Translations under genes and position numbers: made by a program
The notes under the pieces: generated by a model
The model's database searches: none
What the model was told of the DNA's origin: nothing
The model's input: the letters and a program-made list of their open reading frames with translations, nothing else
Assembly (NCBI GenBank): GCA_032718475.1
Contig: JAUCBJ010000091.1
Coordinates: 6,095 to 70,094 of the forward strand
Source: Nemertoderma westbladi
Lineage: Eukaryota; Animalia; Xenacoelomorpha
DNA: 64,000 nucleotides
Direction of reading: 5' to 3'
Part shown: in pieces, positions 1 to 10,188 of the stretch
Layout: each line of letters starts with the position of its first letter
How positions within the stretch are numbered: the first letter of the stretch is position 1

Positions 1-40
1 AAAAAGGTCTCTGAAAATGTAAACACATCAAATTTCGTTT

Positions 41-520
41 TCATAGTTTCAAAAAAATCAGATATTTCGTGCTTACAGTATGAGCCGGTAGACTTTGGGT
101 ATTAACATGAAAAACTGAGAGAGATTTGGAATTATCTAAGTTGCTGAATTTTTTATCACATATTTCAGCTGTGAAATAATCTTGGGAAATTATGTTATTA
201 ATTAAATGAATGTCTGGATCGATATCATTAAATGCGGGATTAGTTAAGTCATTATCAAAGTTAATATTAAGATTTGCAGACTCACAGTAAAAGATATCAT
301 CATCGTCATCACTGACGCTTGCAAATGTAAATAATTTTATGTAGCAATATATGCACAAAAGATTATTGGGGTGGGATGTATTTATGAATTGATTTGCCTC
401 CTGCTGAGTAAGACAGGATCCACACTGAAAGTGGTAAATTAAATCACAAAGGTCGCATTTTAGTTTTAGGTCAGATATTGTGAATTTCGAGAAGCAAAAA
501 TCGCAGTTATTGTCATTCAT
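41..520 (-). mobile_element. 5' fragment of a CR1/L2-group LINE ORF (PHD finger followed by the start of an AP endonuclease), truncated
   Basis: PHD-like pattern CDFC..CDLCDLIYHFQC..CIYC, then DIDPD..YFT..SLSVFHVNTQSL, resembling the xxHxNxRSL start of LINE APE domains. Similarity stops near position 80. Confidence 0.55.
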
Positions 521-1066
521 AGTGTTAGAAGGGTTAGTATAGGGAGAGTGCTAGAGAATAAGTATAGAATATTAGGAGGGTAGGTTAAAAAAGGGGGTGG
601 GGGGGGGGGGGGGGGTGTGGGGTTGAGGTTGAGGTTGTGTTCTTACCTTACTTCTTATTGGTATTGCCCAAAAACGAGCGGCATATACCAAAAAAAACCC
701 GTAAGATTAAAAGTAATTATATATACGATATTATACACTAACTTATTGCTTTACTTCTTATTGGTAGCTTCTTACTGATAGCCAAGATAACAGCAGTAGA
801 GATACCGGTAGCATAGAAACTAAAATGTACATAAAAAGTCAAAACAAACGGACATAATGAGTGATTTAAACGGACAACAATAGTTATTCTCTTTTAAAAT
901 CGACTGTACTGCTATAGGTTCATTGTATAGTACAGTAGTAGGCCTACAGTAGTACATTGTAGTACCGTCACAGACTGACAGACGCCACAGACGGTATCGG
1001 TACCTATGTACCTGCTGCAGTGCTGATCTGTGGTTGTGATAAAATTGTACAAAGTGCAAAGTTAAC

Positions 1067-2800
1067 ATGTCCTTTACTAAACTCGACTCAAAAGATCTTC
1101 AAAAAGGGCGCGAGGAGCCCAAGAAACAATCTCGTTTGGAATGGAAACAGCAGAAAGAGTTGGAAGAGGCTCGGAAAGCGGGTACCGCGCCTGCAGAAGT
1201 GGACGAATTCGGCCACGACATCAACCCACACATCCCCCATTACATAGTCAGCTCGCCGTGGTACCTCCAAGCAAATGGGCCCACATTAGAGCACCAACGT
1301 GCTTTCAAAACCGCACAACGACAGCGACCCACCGCAGTCTCAGAAGAGATAGTAAAAACTGGCTACCTTCCCGGAGGGAGCGCTACTAAATACCGCAAGG
1401 GGGCGTGCGATAACTGCGGCGCGATGACTCACAAAAAGAAAGATTGTCTGGAGCGTCCGAGGAAGGTTGGGGCGCGGTACACCGGTTCGTTTATAATGCC
1501 GGACGAGCGAGTACTTCCGTCGCAATCGTTTACGTTCGATGGGAAACGCGACAGGTGGTGCGGCTACAACGCAGCCGATTACAAGGCCGTCATAGAGGAA
1601 CACGAGAAGGTCGAACTCGCTAAGAAACAGCTGAAATCGAAGCAACTCGAGGAAGAGTTGGTGCGAAGTGACGTCACAGTTAGTGATGACGTCGACGACG
1701 ACAAATACGCCGACCACGCCGATATGCCAGGGCAGAAGTTCGACTCGAAGATTCGGATCACCGTTCGGAACCTGCGGATACGGGAGGACACCGCCAAGTA
1801 CCTGAGGAATCTCGGGGATGGTTCGGCGCATTACGACCCCAAGACGCGCGCGATGCGAGAGAACCCGTACGAGGAGAGCGGTAGGGAGAAGGGCGACTTG
1901 GATTACGCGGGTGATAACTTCGTGCGGTACTCCGGTACTACTCGGCAGATGGGGCGCGCGCAGTTATTCGCGTGGGAGGCGGCCGAGCGGGGCGTCGACG
2001 TTCACATGGAGGGGGAGCCGACCCGAACCGCAATGGCCTTGCGGGAGTTCGAGGGGAGAGCCGGCCGCGCGGAAGAGGAGCGTAGAGAGCGAATCGTGGG
2101 GAAGTACGGGGAATTAGGGGTGGAAGGGGAGCGCGGATTGCTGTTGGGACAGACGGAAGAGTACAGGGAGTACAGCAGGAGTGGGGCCGTGATAAAGGGA
2201 AGGGATGTTGTTAAAGCGAAGTCGCGTTACGAGGAGGACGTTTACGTGAACAATCACAGTTCGGTTTGGGGTTCCTACTGGACAGGGTGTCTGTGGGGCT
2301 ACCGGTGTTGCAGGTCGACCGTGAGGAACTCTTACTGCGTGGGGGGCAGTGCTATGGAGCCGGAACTGCCCCCTGGGGGGTTGGGGGAAGGAGGGGGGGT
2401 GACTGAGGAGGGGGGGTCCCAGGGGATAGTAGTCGGGGAGAACGATCCAGGAGGGGACAACACCGAGGATAAACCAAAGTCATTATTGGAACTTCATAAG
2501 CAGAAGTTATTAAACTTAAAAAAACAGAGTAAAAAAAGGAAAGTTAGCGGATCGTCGTCTAGTGATTCAGATTCGCCAAGTTGCAATAAGAAACTCCACA
2601 AGGGAGACATTGAATCGGCGTTGCTACGACACGACATGGAGACCCGCAGAACGGAGGAGATAATCTCGATGGACGAGAGACAACGTCCATATAACTCTAT
2701 GTACGAAACCCACCAACCCACACAGGCAGAACTCGAAGTGTTTCGGTTGAAGAGACACCAAAAGGAGGATCCTATGTTTAAATTATTAGATAATAAATAA
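1067..2800 (+). CDS. SLU7: Pre-mRNA splicing factor SLU7, single uninterrupted ORF
   Basis: ELEEARKAGTAPAEVDEFGHDINPHIPHYI..PWY, zinc knuckle CDNCGAMTHKKKDC, DGKRDRW, VRNLRIREDTAKYLRNL, YDPKTRAMRENP, NNHSSVWGSYW..WGYRCC. 577 aa. AATAAA overlaps the stop codon. Confidence 0.96.
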   Translation: MSFTKLDSKDLQKGREEPKKQSRLEWKQQKELEEARKAGTAPAEVDEFGHDINPHIPHYIVSSPWYLQANGPTLEHQRAFKTAQRQRPTAVSEEIVKTGYLPGGSATKYRKGACDNCGAMTHKKKDCLERPRKVGARYTGSFIMPDERVLPSQSFTFDGKRDRWCGYNAADYKAVIEEHEKVELAKKQLKSKQLEEELVRSDVTVSDDVDDDKYADHADMPGQKFDSKIRITVRNLRIREDTAKYLRNLGDGSAHYDPKTRAMRENPYEESGREKGDLDYAGDNFVRYSGTTRQMGRAQLFAWEAAERGVDVHMEGEPTRTAMALREFEGRAGRAEEERRERIVGKYGELGVEGERGLLLGQTEEYREYSRSGAVIKGRDVVKAKSRYEEDVYVNNHSSVWGSYWTGCLWGYRCCRSTVRNSYCVGGSAMEPELPPGGLGEGGGVTEEGGSQGIVVGENDPGGDNTEDKPKSLLELHKQKLLNLKKQSKKRKVSGSSSSDSDSPSCNKKLHKGDIESALLRHDMETRRTEEIISMDERQRPYNSMYETHQPTQAELEVFRLKRHQKEDPMFKLLDNK

Positions 2801-3671
2801 AATCATTGTTTATATGTTTTAACAACCATGAGATTGTATAAATTATTAAATAATTCAAACAGGACTTAGGATTCAATCCCCGCTGGTGGCGAATTCATTT
2901 TTTCCGCTCCATTTGCTATAGAGTTGGATCATCATTGTTTAATGTTTGTTTATATAACTTTGGGGGGAATATAATAATTATTAGATATCCAACAGTAAAG
3001 TTTACAAATTCTATACTATTAATTATAAATTTTATTCTATAATTTTAATTCTTAATTTGAAATTCTACAATCGAGGTTTTCAAATGAAACATATGTCATA
3101 TTTGCACTTCATTGTTCACTTTTATTTCTATTCCAACTACGCTTTAAGGGTATTCTTAATTCCAAAACTCGTGATATTGAGTATTATATTTATTTCTAAT
3201 AGGATTAAAATTATTTAAAATACACTATACGTCATAGGCCTACTCAACTAAATAAATATACATATATATTTTTCTTTTTTTTCTATTTTTTATGTCTTGA
3301 TGGTTGCTATGCATTGATTCACTTAGCATTAAACGCGTAATCTAATAATATCCTCAATTTTTTAACATAAGTAAATCTGAGCATACCTAACCTAACCGTA
3401 ATCCTAAATAGACCTGAGCTAATTACGACAGAAACATCGCATATAAGTAATTAAACTATCTCTAGTTTGCTTGCAGGTTTTATCAAAACTAAAAGAGCCA
3501 ATATGAGTAACTCAGTACTTTACTACGATTATTTTTACTAGAGCCCCTTGGAGCTGAACCTAAAATTGGTTAATATCTATTTATTAAATGGGAAACAATA
3601 TAGATCGCGAAATTAGAGAAATAAGCTATTCATTTTTCAAATAATGGGCCTACCTAATTTTATTTCAGAAG

Positions 3672-3804
3672 ATTGCCTTTTCCACCTCCCCCTATTGCTT
3701 TCCCCACCTCCCCCCTATTGCCTTTTCCACCCCCCCCCCCCCCCCCCCATTGCCTTTTCCACCTCCCCTATTGCATTTTCCACCCCCCCCCCCCTCCCCT
3801 ATTG
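3672..3804. repeat. Short block of the TATTGCCTTTTCCACCTCCCCC satellite
   Basis: About 5-6 degenerate units, separated from the main array by about 280 bp of unique sequence. Confidence 0.85.
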
Positions 3805-4081
3805 TAGGGATACCAAGAACTCGCCCCACTATGTGGCTCGCCCCAGCAGTGTAGTCATACCATGGATTCGCCTTACTACGTGGCTCGCCCCAGAACACAG
3901 ACATTACTTTCAGACATTAATCCGCTCAGTACTGTAGCACGTAGCCTACTTATGCACCTTGTCTGCATGATACCAGTACAGCACTGCAGTCTCTTGGTAT
4001 TATATGTAGCACTGGTCGGTCAGATCTATTTCGGCATTTCCGCTCATCCCGCCCGGTCCCCTCATATCGCATATCCTTACA

Positions 4082-6077
4082 CCTATTGCCTTTTCCACCT
4101 CCCCCCTATTGCCTTTTCCACCTCCCCTATTGCCTTTTCCACTCCCCCTATTGCCTTTTCCACCTCCCCCTTTTGCCTTTTCCACCTCCCCCCTATTGCC
4201 TTTCCACCTCCCCCTATTGCCTTTTCCACCTCCGCCTATTGCCTTTTCCACCTCCCCTATTGCCTTTCCCACCTCCCCCATTGCCTTTTCCACTTACCCT
4301 ATTGCCTTTTCCACCTCCCCCTATTGCATTTTCCCCCTCCCCCTATTGCCTTTTCCCCCTCCCCCTATTGCCTTTTCCACCTCCCCTATTGCCTTTTCCT
4401 CCTCCCCCTATTGCCTTTTCCACCTCCCCCTATTGCCTTTTCCACCTCCCCCTATTGCCTTTTCCACCTCCCCCTTTTGCCTTTTCCACCTCCCCCTTTT
4501 GCCTTTTCCACCTCCCCCCTATTGCCTTTCCACCTCCCCCTATTGCCTTTTCCACCTCCGCCTATTGCCTTTTCCACCTCCCCTATTGCCTTTTCCACCT
4601 ACCCTATTGCCTTTTCCACCTCCCCCTATTGCCTTTTCCACCTCCCCCTATTGCCTTTTCCACCACCCCCCTATTGCCTTTCCACCTCCCCGTATTGCCT
4701 TTTCCACCTCCCCGCATTGCCTTTTCCACCTCCCCCTATTGCCTTTTCCACCTCCCCCATTGCCTTTTCCACCTCCCCTATTGCCTTTTCCACCCACCCT
4801 ATTGCCTTTTCCACCTCCCCCTATTGCCTTTTCCACCTCCCCCTATTGCCTTTTCCACCTCCCCCCCCCTATTGCCTTTCCACCTCCCCGTATTGCCTTT
4901 TCCACCTCCCCGCATTGCCTTTTCCACCTACCCTATTGCCTTTTCCACCTCCCCCTATTGCCTTTTCCACCTGCCCTATTGCCTTTTCCACCTCCCCCTA
5001 TTGCCTTTTCCACCTCCCCCTATTGCCTTTTCCACCTCCCCCTATTGCCTTTTCCACCTCCCCCTATTGCCTTTTCCACCTCCCCCTATTGCCTTTTCCA
5101 CCTCCCCCCTATTGCCTTTCCACCTCCCCGTATTGCCTTTTCCACCTCCCCGCATTGCCTTTTCCACCTCCCCCTATTGCCTTTTCCACCTCCCCCTATT
5201 GCCCTTTCCACCTCCCCCTATTGCCCTTTCCACCTCCCCCTATTGCCTTTTCCACCTCCCTCTATTGCCTTTTCCACCTCCCCCATTGCCTTTTCCACTT
5301 CCCCTATTGCCTTTTCCACCTACCCTATTGCCTTTTCAACCTCCCCCTATTGCCTTTTCCACCTCCCCCTATTGCCTTTTCCACCTCCCCCCTATTGCCT
5401 TTCCACCTCCCCGTATTGCCTTTTCCACCTCCCCGCATTGCCTTTTCCACCTCCCCCTATTGCCTTTTCCACCTCCCCCTATTGCCCTTTCCACCTCCCC
5501 CTATTGCCTTTTCCACCTACCCTATTGCCTTTTCCACCCCCCCCCCCCCCCCCCTATTGCCTTTTCCACCTACCCTATTGCCTTTTCCACCTCCCCCTAT
5601 TGCCTTTTCCACCTCCCCCTATTGCCTTTTCCACCTCCCCCTATTGCCTTTTCCCACCTCCCCCCTATTGCCTTTCCACCTCCCCGTATTGCCTTTTCCA
5701 CCTCCCCGCATTGCCTTTTCCACCTCCCCCTATTGCCTTTTCCACCTCCCCCTATTGCCCTTTCCACCTCCCCCTATTGCCCTTTCCACCTCCCCCTATT
5801 GCCTTTTCCACCTCCCTCTATTGCCTTTTCCACCTCCCCCTATTGCCTTTTCCACCTCCCCCTATTGCCTTTTCCACCTCCCCCCTATTGCCTTTCCACC
5901 TCCCCGTATTGCCTTTTCCACCTCCCCGCATTGCCTTTTCCACCTCCCCCTATTGCCTTTTCCACCTCCCCCTATTGCCCTTTCCACCTCCCCCTATTGC
6001 CTTTTCCACCTCCCCCTATTGCCTTTTCCACCTCCCCCTATTGCCTTTCCACCTCCCCGTATTGCCTTTTCCACCTC
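4082..6077. repeat. Tandem minisatellite/satellite, 21-22-bp unit (CC)TATTGCCTTTTCCACCTCCC, roughly 90 copies
   Basis: Directly visible. Extreme pyrimidine bias on the + strand and no + strand stop codons, which explains the three spurious Pro-rich ORFs. Confidence 0.97.
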
Positions 6078-6796
6078 ACTTTGCTCACCTTAAATATTGT
6101 ACCAAACAGCAGTGGTAAGATTCCGGGGTAACCATGTGTATTCATATAAACTTTGATTTTAGAAGGTTTGTAGTACCGGTAGACGTTGGCATTTCTGATG
6201 TACAGTATAATACAGGGGTGGGATGCCCGATATACGATGCCCAAATACCAGAAATTAAACGAAATACTGTTACAATTATAATTATACTATGACTTGGTAT
6301 ATAATATTCTCATATTGGCTTCCGACACACACTCACACTGACACCTACACGGACAGACTTGGAAAACGGCCATAGTATAATAATTTATTTAACTGACGAC
6401 ATGCCAACTTTAGGGCGTTCATATTTACTTAATTGGATAATGGTAAATAGCCTGATTTGTTTTATACAGGGTACCTAGCAACGCCAACTGCCAACAGCTG
6501 GATTAAATAGCAGTTGCCCTTAAAACAACTAGAGTCACTATTTCGGAAGCCCTTAAAACAACTAGAGGCACTATCCGGTAACACAGGGCCAGTGACCGAA
6601 CAAACAAGCAGCAGTTAAATTGACTAACACTGTGGGGCAAGCCACGAAAGTGAGCGTGCTTAGAATACGGGTACCAATCTCAACCTCTCGTCTGTCTAAC
6701 GTCTGCCTGTCGTTGGTTAGTCGCTCCGTCTACTCTTTGAATGCTAGTACAGTACAGTAACTCAGCGAATCTTTGATGGAATTATACCAAACGTAG

Positions 6797-7973
6797 TGTA
6801 AAAGCTTTTGCGTAATTAACCGGTTATTTTCCCGTAAAGTACTCTGTAGTTGGTTTACCAGGCATAAAAAGGCCGTGTCCTTACTGTACTGGTGTTTTAG
6901 AGGACATAAAAGTCATTTCTTCTGTATTTGTACTTTAGAGGACATAATCCGCAATCTCGTGACGCAATAAGCTAGATACTCTTGAAAACAGTGTCGCTAC
7001 CATGACGACGGCTAACAGCTGATATTGCCACGTCGACATTTCTTTGTTTCTTTGTTCTCTCGTTGTTCGGTCGACCAATCAGAGCGTTTTTTGTCTCTGT
7101 GTTGGAGGTGGATACAGAAACTCAGTAGTTCAGTGTTATGTTTTTGCCCAGAGCCTAAGAACACCGGCTTTTGGCACCTCCGTGTTTCAGTCTTTAGCTT
7201 AACATTAGTAGGCTTAATTATAGAGTGTATATCTGTTATCATACCAAAACTCAGTTATCTCAGTTAATAATCATAACATATCAAAACAAACCGCATCATT
7301 CATACCTTAACTTTACTGCTTTTACTGTCGGTTATTCATTATATTTGTTGATGAAATATTATATCGGAATACTGATCAATAGTCAGACACCCAACCTTCT
7401 TGATATACTAAAGGTTAGAGAGACCGGTTACAGATAAACGATTGCGACCTATGTTAAGTGGTTTGAAGTGAATCTAATGCTATTTCATAGGCCCGACATA
7501 AATTGTATGTTGCTCTCTTTATACGTGACCAAATTTAGTGAAGGTCGGCAGATTAGTGTGCAGTATTGTGCAGCATTGTGTATGATTGTAACTGATAACA
7601 AAGCATCTCCTAAAGAATGCGCCATATACATAACTCTATAGCCTTTTTGTTGTGTCTAGTTTAAGTCATAACTCTGTTTACATATTTAGAGCGCCACGTC
7701 CTAAAGGAACTGTTAATATTTCCCGAAAGTGAATAATATTTGTCAGAGATTATATATTACGATCAGTCGAATAATACGGTAGGCTTACACCATCAATCAT
7801 TAAGCTTCCGAATTCAGTCTCCCGGGTATATCCAGCGGGTGAATGATTGCGCATAGACTGGCTTCGGCTAATGTAGTGTATCAAATACTCGTCATAGGCT
7901 AAAGACTATATATCATCTAAAAGACATCCTAATTTGGCAGGTTAAACTGTCAAAGGTCTTAAAAGCGCAAACA
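6797..7973 (+). repeat. 5' LTR of outer element (1177 bp)
   Basis: TGTAAAAGC...GCGCAAACA. Same length as 36892-38068, with three substitutions noticed by eye. Confidence 0.96.
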
Positions 7974-7984
7974 ATAACAGATAT
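7974..7984 (+). promoter_or_regulatory. Non-tRNA primer-binding site ATAACAGATAT, complementary to LTR 7229-7239
   Basis: Abuts the LTR terminal CA. Exact reverse complement of ATATCTGTTAT at 7229-7239 (and 37324-37334). No TGG at the LTR boundary. Confidence 0.75.
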
Positions 7985-8272
7985 TGCTTCTGGATTGCGG
8001 CGTAAGCAATCAAGTCTAAAGTACCGGTACCGGTCGAACGGTAACCTGTACTGCTGTAACCAGTAGGCCTGACTGCCTGATCATCCGAACCGGTACTTAC
8101 AGTACAGGTACAGCAGTATTATTCGATTGTGGTATTGTATACCGGTAGGCTGTTTAAGAGATTAGGGACTGTACACCCCTTGTTTCTTTTGGGAGCTTAC
8201 TTATTTCTGTCAGTTTTATTTATTTGTAGGCCAGTATTGAGCAGAAGGCGTGTAAGCCTGCTCAGATTGTAC

Positions 8273-8850
8273 AGATAATTTGTAGGCTTGACTGTTGGCT
8301 AACTGTTGTTAAGTCTGAACAGATTGCAGTGTGTGTAGAGCATCTGTCCGATAAAGTGCTAGTTAGGAAAGTAGGGGCTTCAAGTGCTGTGAGGTAAACC
8401 CCCTGTGAAAGAATAAGTCGTACTACTGGGTTAGAATGCATACTAACTAATCATTTCGGAGTCTGCATATACTGTAGTGTATTTGGGCTTGATAGTAGTC
8501 TGCCATCGTTTGGTCTGTACTTTGTTTGTGTAGTCTGTACGGGTAGCGTATAATTTTATTTAGATAATTTGTAGGCTGGATAGTTGTTTGGCTGTTGTTG
8601 GGTTTGAGGAAATTTCGGTGTGTGTAGAGCATCTGTCCGATAAAGTGCTAAGTTAGGAAAGTAGGGGCTTCAAGTGCTGTGAGGTAAACCCCCTGTGAAA
8701 GAATAAGTCGTACTACTGGGTTAGAACGCATACTAACTAATCATTTCGGAGTCTGCATATACCGTAGTTTGTTTAGGCTTGATAGTAGTCTGTCAGTATT
8801 TGGTCTGCATTTTGTTTGAATAGTCTGTACGCGTAGCGTAATATTTATTA
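8273..8850 (+). repeat. Two tandem copies of an approx. 289-bp unit in the 5' leader of the outer element
   Basis: Units start AGATAATTTGTAGGCT at 8273 and 8562. A homologous pair lies at 18646 and 18933 in the inner element. Confidence 0.9.
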
Positions 8851-10188
8851 TTCAGAGTTTATGCGATTATTCGCAACATTCATTCCCCAAGTTTATTCCT
8901 ACAGTAATTGTGTTTGTTATACATACCGTTATAGTTAAACTAACCCCGGTACTACATCAGGGCTGCTCGGCGTAGGTAAAGACTGGAGATTTTATGCTTT
9001 GGTCACTCCGGCAGATACCGTGGTTCTTTTAGCTGTTCAAGTATTTTTAACTACCGATTATTTGTTGTACAAGTACTTGTACCTAATTTAGGGTTTAGTG
9101 TACAGTACTTTCCGAAGGTGATTAGTGTGTAGGCAGTGTATTTGTGTTGTAAAGTGGTTAATAGGCACGTTGGTTCTGGTAGACCGCGGTAATTAATCTC
9201 TAGGTAGGAACACTCCGTGATACATAACGTAGTACCTATAGCGATACGGTTATAGGTCGTCAGGCGGTGGTATTTTCCTATCTGGACAACGCAGTATATT
9301 TACTACTACTTATTATTTTCAAATACCGTAGTAACCTGTCCGTTGTAATAACCAGATATTCTAACCCTTTGTTAGGCTGGTTAGTAGACTTCTTGTAAAA
9401 ATACCCTAAAAAATTTGTATTTGTGTATTTGTAATTAAATTTTTGTGTTTATTTAGAGATTGTAATCTCTACCCGAATTGTACGTAACTTGTAGTATTAA
9501 GTAACTTAGGTAAATTAGAATTATTTGTTTTAGTGTCTAACAAGTAGCACTCCACTGAGAGCGCACAGCTTATGTGTAGTGACTCCCCCAGAAATAATAA
9601 CATTTATTTCAAACATTGACAAAAACCCATTTCAACGGGTATATATATATTATAAATCAACTCAAACGATTTATAAATAGTAGGCCTGCCATACAACAAT
9701 TAGGTCTCAATATCAGTTGGACTACTGCTTAAATAACAGTAATAAAGTAAGTTAAAGTAACCAAGTAACCCTTAAAATTCAGAAATTCAATTATTTAAAA
9801 TAATTGATATACCGGTATTTACAATAGGCTTACTATCTTTATTTTTATAAATATAGGCTGAAATTATACCGGTATTCTGTAATTAATTCTAGTCTGTAAT
9901 TGTACTTGTATTTTCACATTATAAGTGTAAGCTGTATACCGGTATTCAAGATAGGCCTATTATATATATAAACTTAGGCTGAAATAATACCGGTATTCTG
10001 CAATTAATTCTAGTTACTAATAATACTTATATATACTATAAGCATACCGGTATTCTAATATTATATATATATCACGCTACACTGAGTAGCAGTATCGGTA
10101 ATTAATTACTAGGTTAGCAGTTAATGCTGAATTACTAGACTTGCTTAGACTGTAATATAGCAGTAGGCATTCAACTGTGTAAACAAAC

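Noticed and set aside
3862-6131. Three long Pro-rich ORFs (669-743 aa)
   Set aside because: All three frames are open only because the satellite unit has no stop codon on the + strand; unit-length indels shuffle the frames freely.
7012-7437. Small ORFs repeated in the LTRs (also 17367-17674, 28563-28838, 37107-37532)
   Set aside because: They recur only because the LTRs are duplicated; they are not convincingly conserved as proteins between the two subfamilies and mostly use non-ATG starts.
7991-8008. TGG-starting candidate tRNA PBS
   Set aside because: It lies 17 nt from the LTR end, reads TTT in the inner element, and forms one arm of a conserved hairpin.
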